Origin: an uncultured Fibrobacter sp.
GTDB lineage: Bacteria > Fibrobacterota > Fibrobacteria > Fibrobacterales > Fibrobacteraceae
Reading direction: 5' to 3'
Assembly (NCBI RefSeq): GCF_947305105.1
Contig: NZ_CAMZCS010000011.1
Coordinates: 13,397 to 77,396, forward strand
DNA: 64,000 nucleotides
In this document: positions 16,263 to 24,855 of the stretch, one piece after another
Position numbering within the stretch: the first letter of the stretch is position 1
How the letters are laid out: every line of letters starts with the position of its first letter
Notes under the pieces: generated by a model
Seen by the model: the letters and a program-made list of their open reading frames with translations, nothing else
Databases searched by the model: none
What the model was told of the DNA's origin: nothing
Translations under genes and position numbers: made by a program

Positions 16263-16868
16263 TTACTTCTTGCTAGAAGAGCTTTTGCCCGAATCGGACA
16301 AGGTCTCCTCGGAATCCGGGGCAATCTGGATGAAGCCCCAAAGGGTATCTATAACGTAGCCTCCACATTCCATCTCGATTCCGTAATCGGTGCTATCCTT
16401 GCTCATAATGACTCTTGCATTGCAGCCGAGATCCATATCGGGGCTATCGGCGCTCCAGAGCGTATCCACGACTTCCTCGTCGCAGCGCACTTCGATCCCC
16501 TTACGGGTCTTGGTCTTGTTCGATACCGTCTGTGCGGAACAGCTAGTGCCATTGTCGCCGCGATCGCCCTTCGCGCCCTTTTCCCCGTCAATACCGTCTT
16601 GGCCGTCGATTCCATCTTTGCCATCACGGCTTTTCACGTTGATCCATTTTTTCCCGTTGCAATAAAAAACGCTACTGGAATCGGTCACATACAGCATATC
16701 ACCGAGTGCATTCTTGTCGCAGGTGGGCATTTTCTGCTTGGATTCAAGAACCTCGAGACCCGTCGTATAATATTCGCTGACTTCGGTGACCTCGTCCCCG
16801 CACGCAACAAAAGTAGCCACAGCCGAGACAAGGAGTCCCATTGTCAAAAAAGACTTCTTCCTTCTCAT
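16263..16868 (-). CDS. Lipoprotein with a collagen-like G-X-Y tract and a Cys-rich YxCxGxW module
   Basis: Start is at MRRKKSFLTMGLLVSAVATFVAC (lipobox). It contains GKDGIDGQDGIDGEKGAKGDRGDNG (8 G-X-Y triplets), and CDKNALGD..VFYCNGKKW matches the module of the 23.3-31.3 kb paralog array. Confidence 0.75.
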   Translation of the reverse strand: MRRKKSFLTMGLLVSAVATFVACGDEVTEVSEYYTTGLEVLESKQKMPTCDKNALGDMLYVTDSSSVFYCNGKKWINVKSRDGKDGIDGQDGIDGEKGAKGDRGDNGTSCSAQTVSNKTKTRKGIEVRCDEEVVDTLWSADSPDMDLGCNARVIMSKDSTDYGIEMECGGYVIDTLWGFIQIAPDSEETLSDSGKSSSSKK

Positions 16869-17159
16869 GACTCCTCCTAAAAATATAGCCAATAAGGAAA
16901 TCCACGGATAATTTACAAAAAAATGGGGGTCTACATACCATAAGGAAAATGGACTTTTCGCCTAAAAGCCTGATTACTGCCGAAAAAAATTCATTTGATG
17001 GAGTTAATAACCTATTTTATGTTCATTTTTTAGTGGACTCCCCCCTCTTCACTTTATTATATTTTTCTTAGGCTATCTCTAAAAAATGCCTTATTTACAA
17101 GAAATTGATTTAGAAATGGCCCTTAGTTATCCAACTAGCAACCCTCGGTAGGTAAATAT

Positions 17160-17678
17160 ATGGAACTGACACCATTGGACATCCGAAATCAAACTTTCCA
17201 CAAGAAAAATTTCGGCGGAGTCGACGCGGACGAGGTCAAGGCATTCCTAGAGACTGCCGCCGTCGCCTTTGAACAGATGTCAAGAGACCGCACCGACCTG
17301 ACCGAACGGCTCAAGATTGCGGAACAACGCGTAAACTATTACAAGCAAATCGAGAAGACCATCCAAGACGCAGTCGTCACCATGCAGAAGACGGTAGACG
17401 AAGTCAAAGCGACTGCCGAAAAAGAAGCTGAAATCATCATCGCCGAAGCCAAGGCCAGGGCAACCCGCGAAGTGGAAAACACCAAGCGCGAAGCCGAAAA
17501 CCTCCGCATGGAAATCGAGCAGCTGAAGCAGCTCCGCAGCAACTACTTTATCCGTTGCCGTGCACTCATCCGTGGCCAGGAAGAACTCCTGGAAGCTATG
17601 GAAACCGACCAACGCGAGCTGGAAGCCATGTCTCCGAAGGAGCCCACCAGCGGATCGATCGGGAACGTTTTGGCATAG
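17160..17678 (+). CDS. divIVA: DivIVA domain protein
   Basis: It has MELTPLDIRNQTFHKKNFGGVDADEVKAFLE (the canonical DivIVA N-terminus) followed by a coiled coil. Confidence 0.85.
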   Translation: MELTPLDIRNQTFHKKNFGGVDADEVKAFLETAAVAFEQMSRDRTDLTERLKIAEQRVNYYKQIEKTIQDAVVTMQKTVDEVKATAEKEAEIIIAEAKARATREVENTKREAENLRMEIEQLKQLRSNYFIRCRALIRGQEELLEAMETDQRELEAMSPKEPTSGSIGNVLA

Positions 17679-17694
17679 GCGGGAATATCGGGCC

Positions 17695-17919
17695 ATGCGC
17701 ATCAACATCAAGGTCCATGCGCGGAGCAAACGTGACAGCATCACGGCCCTGCCCGACGGAAGTTTCAAGGTGGATGTCAAGGCCCCACCCGTAGACGGGG
17801 CGGCCAACGAAGCCATCTGCGAACTTGTTGCAAATCACTTCAAAGTCCACAAGCGGGATGTAGAAGTCGTGTTGGGGAGCACTAGCAACAAGAAGGTCAT
17901 CGAAGTGCGAGGAAAGTGA
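17695..17919 (+). CDS. DUF167 (YggU-like) protein
   Basis: The internal ATG at 17695 gives MRINIKVHARSKRDSI..VDVKAPPVDGAANEAICELVANHFKV.. (the DUF167 hallmark PP..GKAN-like motif). Confidence 0.8.
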   Translation: MRINIKVHARSKRDSITALPDGSFKVDVKAPPVDGAANEAICELVANHFKVHKRDVEVVLGSTSNKKVIEVRGK

Positions 17920-17934
17920 CAGAAGGGAGAAGAC

Positions 17935-19533
17935 ATGAGAATACCGATTCACAGGAAAATATTCGGGTTGTCGCTGTCCGGCTTGATCCTCTGTACCCTC
18001 TCGCTAGGAGGGCTGGCACTTTATTTCACCAGCGACATTCTGCAGAAGCGTTCGCAGGAATTCCTCCAGAACAGGCTTATCGTTGAGCAGCACAAGATTG
18101 TTCCCCTCTTTACCGATATCGAGCATTTCGCAAACGGCATCGCAGCACCCATCCTCAGCGACATCCCCTCGATAGAAGCCCTCAAGCAAGAAAAATCCCG
18201 CAACGAGATTACAGAAAAAATCAACGACTACATCATGGCCTCGCTGGGCAACATCAAGAACGCAACCTCGGCTTACTTGCGGTACAATCCGGAACTTACG
18301 CCCCCCACCTCCGGGCTTTTCATCTCGAAAAATCCGGAAACCGGCGAATTCCAGAACATGACCCCCACCGACCTTTCGAAATACGACTCCAGCGATACGG
18401 AGCACGTAGGCTGGTATTACCAACCCACCAAAGTCGGCAAACCCACATGGCTGCTCCCCTACCAGAACAAGAATATCAACGTCTACATGATTTCTTACGT
18501 TGTCCCGCTCACCAAGTTCGACCAGGACATCGGCATCATCGGGATCGACCTGAACTTCAGCCATATTATCAAATTCGTTTCTAGCATTAAAGTTTACCAA
18601 ACAGGATACGCATTCCTCGAAGACGAAAACGGGAAAATCATCGTCCACCCCAAGCTGAAACCGGGCAGTACCCTCAAACCTAAAAAAGGGTACCGCGCAC
18701 TGCGCACCCAGCTACCGAACGGGATGTCTTTTGGCATCCGGGTTCCCGAAGCCGAAATCAACGCCGAGCGTTACAAGCTCCTTGTGGAAATTTTCATCTT
18801 CGCCGTCTTCCTGCTAATCCTGTTCTCGTTCATATCGGCAATGGTGGCCTATTCCATCACAAGGCCCATCCTCAACTTGACAGAAACAGCGAACAAGCTG
18901 ATTAGCGGCAATATGAAGGTGCAATTCAAGGTCGAGACCAACGACGAAATTGGCGACCTTTCTAAAAGTTTCCAGACAGCGAAAGACCACATGCAAGAAT
19001 ACCTTGGCCAAATCCAAGGGCTCGCCTACAGGGACTCGCTTACCGGCATACGCAACCGCACCGCTTACGACGCCTACTGCAAAGAAGTAGACACAAAAAT
19101 AGCGAGCAAGCAACTGCGCGAATTCGGCATCCTGGTTTGCAACCTCAACTACCTAAAGTCCATTAACGACAATTACGGGCACGACAACGGCAACGCCTAT
19201 CTTGTCAACTGCTGCAAGTTGATATGCGATATTTTCTGTCATAGCCCCGTTTTCCGCATCAGTGGCGATGAATTCGTTGTCATTCTCATGGGCAACGACC
19301 TGCGAAACCGCGGCGACCTCATCACGCGCATCAACAAGAGGATGAACGCATCGACCACAGCCGAGAGCGCTTGGGAACGGTTGAGTATCGCATGCGGATA
19401 TTCACTCAAAGACATCAACGACACAAACGTCGCCATGGTCCAAAAGCGTGCCGAAAAAGAAATGTACCGAATCAAGAAAGAGATGAAGAATTCACGGAAA
19501 GTCGACCACGAAAGCGGCTTGCTCCACCAATAA
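17935..19533 (+). CDS. Diguanylate cyclase with a periplasmic Cache-like sensor, HAMP and GGDEF domain
   Basis: It has two TM segments flanking a ~270-aa periplasmic domain, HAMP (ITRPILNLTETANKLISGNM), RDSLTGIRNRTAYDAY, and the active-site variant RISGDEFVVIL. Confidence 0.9.
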   Translation: MRIPIHRKIFGLSLSGLILCTLSLGGLALYFTSDILQKRSQEFLQNRLIVEQHKIVPLFTDIEHFANGIAAPILSDIPSIEALKQEKSRNEITEKINDYIMASLGNIKNATSAYLRYNPELTPPTSGLFISKNPETGEFQNMTPTDLSKYDSSDTEHVGWYYQPTKVGKPTWLLPYQNKNINVYMISYVVPLTKFDQDIGIIGIDLNFSHIIKFVSSIKVYQTGYAFLEDENGKIIVHPKLKPGSTLKPKKGYRALRTQLPNGMSFGIRVPEAEINAERYKLLVEIFIFAVFLLILFSFISAMVAYSITRPILNLTETANKLISGNMKVQFKVETNDEIGDLSKSFQTAKDHMQEYLGQIQGLAYRDSLTGIRNRTAYDAYCKEVDTKIASKQLREFGILVCNLNYLKSINDNYGHDNGNAYLVNCCKLICDIFCHSPVFRISGDEFVVILMGNDLRNRGDLITRINKRMNASTTAESAWERLSIACGYSLKDINDTNVAMVQKRAEKEMYRIKKEMKNSRKVDHESGLLHQ

Positions 19534-19745
19534 CATTTAACACTGGCAAAATTATTTAGACAGTTGTCTAATTTGTAAAAAGACCTCCTTAAGAAAAAAC
19601 ACAAATTGTCATATTCTGACATTTGTTATTTATATATTTGTAACTGTTGGAAGTTTAATCATTCCTGATTTTCAAGGGGATTTTTATGTGTTTTTTTGTT
19701 CCGAAACAGGCAAAAGTGAATGATTTTTAATACATTGTATTGCTC

Positions 19746-19777
19746 TTTTACTAAATTTTATGTATTTTTTAGTAAAA
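19746..19777 (+). promoter_or_regulatory. Inverted repeat TTTTACTAAA-N12-TTTAGTAAAA overlapping the dinJ promoter/RBS (candidate TA operator)
   Basis: The 10-bp arms at 19746-19755 and 19768-19777 end 11 nt before the antitoxin ATG. TA operons are classically autoregulated through such palindromes. Confidence 0.4.
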
Positions 19778-19788
19778 AGGAGCGCATT

Positions 19789-20073
19789 ATGGGAACCACA
19801 ATGAATACAATCAGCGCAAGAATTGATTCAAAGCTCAAAACACAAGCCGAAAACCTGTTCGACCAACTCGGGATGAACATGTCAACGGCAATCACCGTTT
19901 TCTTGAAGCAGGTCGTCCGTCTACGCAAGATTCCTTTTGAAATTGCACTTGACACCCCAAACGACGAGACCATCGCTGCCATGACCGAAGCAAACGAAAT
20001 TGCCAGCGGCAAGCGCAAGGCTAAATCTTACAAGAACGCAAACGCAATGATCAAGGACATTCTAAACGAATAA
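19789..20073 (+). CDS. dinJ: Type II antitoxin, RelB/DinJ family
   Basis: It has TISARIDSKLKTQAENLFDQLGMNMSTAITVFLKQVV (the RHH DinJ signature), and its stop overlaps the toxin ATG (TAATG). Confidence 0.85.
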   Translation: MGTTMNTISARIDSKLKTQAENLFDQLGMNMSTAITVFLKQVVRLRKIPFEIALDTPNDETIAAMTEANEIASGKRKAKSYKNANAMIKDILNE

Positions 20074-20348
20074 TGGAAATCAAGACCACATCAAAGTTCA
20101 GGAAGGATCTTAAGCAGGCAAAAAAGAAAGGGCTAAATATGGCCCTCCTGCAAAAGGTCGTTGATGATTTGGCGGCAGGGAAAAAGCTAGACGACCGGCA
20201 CCATGACCACGCCCTCGTCGGCGATTGGGTTTCTTTTCGCGAATGCCACATTCAGCCGGACTGGCTGTTGATTTACAAGATTTCAGGCGACACGCTCATA
20301 TTGACGCTAGCGCGAACAGGCTCGCACAGCGAGTTGTTTAGGAAATAG
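20073..20348 (+). CDS. yafQ: Type II toxin, YafQ/RelE-family mRNA interferase
   Basis: 91 aa with TSKFRKDLKQAKKKG, HHDHALVGDWVSFRECHIQPDWLLIYK and ARTGSHSELF (the YafQ C-terminal motif). Confidence 0.85.
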   Translation: MEIKTTSKFRKDLKQAKKKGLNMALLQKVVDDLAAGKKLDDRHHDHALVGDWVSFRECHIQPDWLLIYKISGDTLILTLARTGSHSELFRK

Positions 20349-20351
20349 AAG

Positions 20352-20383
20352 AAGACCGCAGCGGTTAGGCTACGGTCTTTTTT
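20352..20383 (+). terminator. Intrinsic terminator after yafQ
   Basis: AAGACCG-loop-CGGTCTT followed by TTTTT. Confidence 0.6.
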
Positions 20384-20460
20384 AATGCTGTTAGAGATTG
20401 CCACGGCCTTCGGCCTCGCAATGACAATGAGGCTATTCGCCCCTCGCCATGACATGCGGA

Positions 20461-23154
20461 TTATGCCGGCTTCACAACGATGTTGACCAGCTTACCCGGC
20501 ACAACAATCGACTTGACAACCTGCATTCCGTTCATAAATTCCTTCATGCGTTCATTTTCCATGGCGAGCTTTTCGAGGGCGGCCTTGTCCATGTCCTTGG
20601 CAACGGATGCCTTCGCGCGGACCTTGCCGTTCACCTGGAACACGACTTCCACGGTGTTTTCGACGGCCTTGGAGTGGTCGGCTTCCGGCCAGGCGACGTT
20701 CGTGAGCGATTCGTTGTGTCCGAGGATGCTCCACATTTCTTCGGCGATGTGCGGGGCAAACGGGTGCAGCAACTTCACAAAGGTTTCGCACGGTTCGCGG
20801 TAGCGCTTGTCCATCTTCATCATTTCGTTGTTGAAGATCATCAGCTGGCTAATCGCGGTGTTGAAGCTCATGTTCTCGATGTCGCTCGTGACCTTGATGA
20901 CGGTCTGGTGCATCACCTTCTCGATTGCTTCCGGGGCAGTTTCATCAACGAACACCGGGGCTTCGTCAGAATCGCCCACCACAGAACGCCAGGCGCGGCC
21001 GAGGAAGCGGTTCATGCCTTCGATGCCCTTGGTCTGCCACGGCTTCACGGCATCCAGCGGGCCCATGAACATTTCGTACAAACGAAGGCTGTCGGCACCG
21101 TAATCGCGCACAACGTCATCGGGGTTCACAACGTTCTTGAGGGACTTACTCATCTTCGCCACAATCTGCTTGAGCTCGATGTCGGTTCCCTTCTTGAAGA
21201 ACTTTCCGTTCTTTTCTTCGACTTCGTCAGTCGGGACCTTGGAGCCAGCGGCGTCTTCGTAAGCGAAGGCGAGAATCATGCCCTGGTTGAAGAGCTTCTG
21301 GAACGGTTCGTCGGTAGAGACGAGGCCGAGGTCGAAGAGCACCTTGTGCCAGAAGCGGCTGTAGAGCAGGTGGAGCACGGCGTGTTCGGCACCGCCCACA
21401 TAGAGGTCGACCGGCATCCAGTACTTTTCAAGTTCCTTTGCAACAAATGCGTCGCCGTTGCAGGCATCGATGTAGCGCAGGTAATACCAGCAGGAACCAG
21501 CCCACTGCGGCATGGTGTTCGTTTCACGGATACCCTTGCGGCCGTTCTTGTCGACGACCTGGAGCCATTCGGTAGCGTTGGCGAGCGGAGACCGTCCGCC
21601 GTCACCCGGCTTGTAGTCCTTGAGTTCCGGCAACAGCACCGGCAGTTCGGAATCATCGACGGTAGAGATTTCGCCATCTTCCCAGTGGATAATCGGGAAC
21701 GGTTCACCCCAGTAGCGCTGGCGGCTGAAGAGCCAGTCGCGGAGCTTGTAGTTCACAGTGGCCTTGCCGATCTTGTTGGCTTCGAGCCATTCGATGACCT
21801 TCGCGATACCCTGCTTCTTGTTGAGGCCGTTCAGGCAGAGCGTTGCATTTTCGCTGTTGATGTAGGTGCCGTCGGCAGCCCAGCAGGCTTCGCCCTTGAG
21901 CACGAGCGGCTTCACATCTTCGGGGCAGCTTGCATCGGGTTCCATGATGCAGATGACGGGCAAATTAAACTTCTTCGCGAAATCGAAGTCGCGGGTATCG
22001 TGGGCGGGCACGGCCATGATGGCGCCCGTGCCGTAGCCGGTCAGAACGTAGTCGGCGACCCACACCGGAATCTTGGTGCCGGTAAGCGGGTTCACGGCAT
22101 AGCTACCGGTAAACACGCCGGTCTTTTCCTTGGCGAGTTCGGTACGGTCGAGGTCGCTCTTCAAAGCGGCGGCGTGCACATATTCTTCCACGGCGGCCTT
22201 CTGTTCGGCAGTCGTGAGTTCCGGCACCATGGCGTGTTCCGGGGCGACGACCATGTAGGTGGCACCGAACAGCGTATCGCAACGGGTGGTATAGACGCGG
22301 AGCTTCTTTTCGGTCGGCTTGCCTTCAGCATCGGCGATGGCAAAATCCACTTCGGCACCGAAGCTCTTGCCAATCCAGTTCTTCTGCATGTCCTTCACGC
22401 CCTGCGGCCAGTCGAGCTTGTCGAGGCCCTTCAGCAGGCGGTCGCCATACAGAGGAATGCGCATGAGCCACTGCTTGAGGTTACGGCGTTCCACTTCCTT
22501 GGTGCCGCACTTTTCGTGGCTGCCGTCGTTCAAGACTTCTTCGTTCGCGCACACAATCTTGCAGTGCTTGCACCACCACACCTGAGCGTCGGCGTAGTAA
22601 GCGAGGCGCTTGGAATCCTTGTACTTGCGGACTTCTTCCTTGCCCTTTGCTTCGACATCGGCAGGAATCGGGAGTTCTTCGATGGGGCGGCCTTTCTGCT
22701 GTTCTTCATCGAACCAGGTGCCGTAAAGGCGCTTGAAAATCCACTGCGTCCACTTGTAATACTTCGGGTCGGTGGTGTTGACTTCCTTGTTCCAGTCGTA
22801 GCTCAAGCCAAGGCGCTTGATCTGGCGGCGGAAATTGTCGCAGTTCTTCTTGGTCGTGATGGCCGGGTGCGTACCGGTCTGGATGGCGTACTGTTCAGCG
22901 GGGAGGCCGAAAGCGTCCCAACCCATCGGGTGCAACACGTTGAAACCGCGGCTGCGCTTGTAGCGGCAGATGATATCGGTAGCGGTGTAACCTTCGGGGT
23001 GGCCCACATGGAGGCCTGCGCCACTCGGGTACGGGAACATGTCCAGGCAGTAATACTTGGGCTTGGACTTATCGGTGCCCGTCTTGAAAGTCTGATGTTC
23101 TTCCCAGTAGGCTTGCCACTTGGTTTCGATCTCTTGCGGATTATACTTAGCCAT
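20461..23154 (-). CDS. leuS: Leucyl-tRNA synthetase
   Basis: It has [31 protein letters not shown] (HIGH), KMSKSLKN (KMSKS) and a full-length class Ia architecture. Confidence 0.97.
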   Translation of the reverse strand: MAKYNPQEIETKWQAYWEEHQTFKTGTDKSKPKYYCLDMFPYPSGAGLHVGHPEGYTATDIICRYKRSRGFNVLHPMGWDAFGLPAEQYAIQTGTHPAITTKKNCDNFRRQIKRLGLSYDWNKEVNTTDPKYYKWTQWIFKRLYGTWFDEEQQKGRPIEELPIPADVEAKGKEEVRKYKDSKRLAYYADAQVWWCKHCKIVCANEEVLNDGSHEKCGTKEVERRNLKQWLMRIPLYGDRLLKGLDKLDWPQGVKDMQKNWIGKSFGAEVDFAIADAEGKPTEKKLRVYTTRCDTLFGATYMVVAPEHAMVPELTTAEQKAAVEEYVHAAALKSDLDRTELAKEKTGVFTGSYAVNPLTGTKIPVWVADYVLTGYGTGAIMAVPAHDTRDFDFAKKFNLPVICIMEPDASCPEDVKPLVLKGEACWAADGTYINSENATLCLNGLNKKQGIAKVIEWLEANKIGKATVNYKLRDWLFSRQRYWGEPFPIIHWEDGEISTVDDSELPVLLPELKDYKPGDGGRSPLANATEWLQVVDKNGRKGIRETNTMPQWAGSCWYYLRYIDACNGDAFVAKELEKYWMPVDLYVGGAEHAVLHLLYSRFWHKVLFDLGLVSTDEPFQKLFNQGMILAFAYEDAAGSKVPTDEVEEKNGKFFKKGTDIELKQIVAKMSKSLKNVVNPDDVVRDYGADSLRLYEMFMGPLDAVKPWQTKGIEGMNRFLGRAWRSVVGDSDEAPVFVDETAPEAIEKVMHQTVIKVTSDIENMSFNTAISQLMIFNNEMMKMDKRYREPCETFVKLLHPFAPHIAEEMWSILGHNESLTNVAWPEADHSKAVENTVEVVFQVNGKVRAKASVAKDMDKAALEKLAMENERMKEFMNGMQVVKSIVVPGKLVNIVVKPA

Positions 23155-23245
23155 TATTTTATACCTCAATAGATTCTGCTAGGTATGAGGTTTGAGGTCG
23201 CCGAGCCCATACCTCATAGCTCTATATTTTTCGGGCATAAATTTA

Positions 23246-23281
23246 GAAAAAGCCCGGGAGAGCGGCTTGCAATCCCGGGGC
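23246..23281 (-). terminator. Intrinsic terminator after the lipoprotein array
   Basis: On the minus strand, CCCGGGA-loop-TCCCGGG is followed by CTTTTT, 32 nt downstream of the stop at 23313. Confidence 0.5.
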
Positions 23282-23312
23282 TAGTCATCCACAAAAATGC
23301 GCATTTATAAAG

Positions 23313-24800
23313 CTAATCCGCCGTTGTCTTCTTTTCGTAGCGATTCCAAAGGCGTTCAACTAGAACCGTCTCGCCAGAAATGCACTGGTAGATTTTTTCG
23401 GGTTCATCAAAAGAATACCCATTAGCCCTCCGCTTCATTCCTTCGGTCTCCGTACAACACCACGTGGAGCCTCCGCAGGGTAAACTATCCAGGTCAATAT
23501 CATCGGCATGTATGTCTTCGATTGTTTCCCGCGACCATTTGCCATCCCCACGGTATCGATAGTGATTCGGGGAGAAGCAGTAATCGTAGACATTCGGATA
23601 ATCAAAACCCAAGGTTTTATTATGTTCACAATATTCAAGCAGCCCACTAGCGCGGTCGCCTACCTTGGCGTCTTTGGGCAAATCAAGCATATCGTATTCC
23701 TCGTCGGTCAAGCCTTCTTTCCGTGAATCCGTATATTGCCGCGGTACAAACTTTGTCGGCAACCATGAGTTAACGTCGCAGTAATAGTATTCCTCGCCTT
23801 TTTTAGCATACCGACGGCGCCAATAGTTACCATCGTTCTCCGTACAAAAACCTAATTCGGGGTCAAAGACTGCTGCAGTCCAACGGCCGACATCCGTATC
23901 AACGCTATCGTACCGGAAAAAATTTATTTTGCCGAATCTTTCAAAAGAACATGTATCTCCAAAAACATCATTTTCCGTTGCGCAATAATAATTCTCTATA
24001 CTTAACTCCACCCACTTTCCGCCATTGCACTTATAAAAAAGCGTATCATTGGTGAAGACAAGCTTTTCTTTAACCTCTTTGTTTTCGTCATTACATTCTT
24101 TTTCTGGACCCGCAGGGCAATCTACATTTTTCCAAGAACCATCACCAGCATACCTGTAGCATTCCCAGGTGTCGGAACCAAACTGGATTCCACGAAAAGA
24201 AGTTTGCAGCCGACAAAGATCCCCTTCGTTCACCCCGGTGGTATCACAGGCAACCCATGCCGGACTTTCAACCCAATTCTCTTGTTCACATCTGTAATAG
24301 ACACGTGCGTTCCCGCCTTTGGGATTGGGACTTCCAGTCGTTAAACTATCGACAATGCCCTCGTTTTCGGCGTTGCATTTCTTGAAATGCAGTACTTGAG
24401 CGTATTCTGGTTCAGCGATACGGTCCTCGTCCGAAACGATGATCGCAGTATCAGGGATATCCTTGGCGGGAACGAAGGACCACTTATTGTCCTGGCACTT
24501 ATAAGTACAACCTGCAGCCTCTTGCCGCAAGATACCGGTCTCTCTGTAGTATACCCCGTCTATTTCCAATGAATCGCCACATACATATGGCAGTCCAGTG
24601 CGAGTCACGGAATCGCAATAAGCAGAATCTAGTTTAACAGAATGTGTTTCTGAGAACCCCAGAGCAGGGGCCTCAGGCGCAAACTCCAGAACAGGGGCCG
24701 ACGATGAATCGTCGCAGGCGGTCAAGGCAAGAGTCAAGCCAAAGGCCAACGCGCAGGCGGCCGTGAACAAGCATTTGTTTTTCGTGAGCAATATTGACAT
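23313..24800 (-). CDS. Cys-rich lipoprotein, paralog P1 of the tandem array
   Basis: A GGAGG SD precedes MSILLTKNKCLFTAACALAFGLTLALTAC. It carries the modules FKKCNAENEGIVDS, YYRCEQENW, FYKCNGGKW and QYTDSRKEGLTDEEYDMLDLPKDAKVGDR. Confidence 0.85.
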   Translation of the reverse strand: MSILLTKNKCLFTAACALAFGLTLALTACDDSSSAPVLEFAPEAPALGFSETHSVKLDSAYCDSVTRTGLPYVCGDSLEIDGVYYRETGILRQEAAGCTYKCQDNKWSFVPAKDIPDTAIIVSDEDRIAEPEYAQVLHFKKCNAENEGIVDSLTTGSPNPKGGNARVYYRCEQENWVESPAWVACDTTGVNEGDLCRLQTSFRGIQFGSDTWECYRYAGDGSWKNVDCPAGPEKECNDENKEVKEKLVFTNDTLFYKCNGGKWVELSIENYYCATENDVFGDTCSFERFGKINFFRYDSVDTDVGRWTAAVFDPELGFCTENDGNYWRRRYAKKGEEYYYCDVNSWLPTKFVPRQYTDSRKEGLTDEEYDMLDLPKDAKVGDRASGLLEYCEHNKTLGFDYPNVYDYCFSPNHYRYRGDGKWSRETIEDIHADDIDLDSLPCGGSTWCCTETEGMKRRANGYSFDEPEKIYQCISGETVLVERLWNRYEKKTTAD

Positions 24801-24855
24801 GACAACCTCCATGCACAGAAGCACTTAAAAAATACAATAGGAACACAAAGCAAAT

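Noticed and set aside
16500-16580. The collagen-like G-X-Y tract could indicate eukaryotic contamination or a chimeric assembly.
   Set aside because: The tract is embedded in a continuous ORF with a bacterial lipobox, a local RBS context and the same Cys module as neighbouring bacterial genes. Bacterial collagen-like proteins are well established.
20449-23172. A 907-aa ORF lies antisense to leuS. Similar long antisense ORFs are 43255-45639 opposite glnN, 61823-63625 opposite pgi, 34914-41969 (three ORFs) opposite the cadherin gene, 47627-49252 opposite the spermidine-synthase-like gene, and 3729-4622, 10466-11644, 11995-13134 and 32942-34090.
   Set aside because: In every case the opposite strand encodes a protein with unmistakable family motifs. 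The antisense translations are low-complexity (V/H/G/A/R/L/F-rich) with no recognisable motifs. Long stop-free antisense frames are an expected by-product of codon bias in the sense gene.
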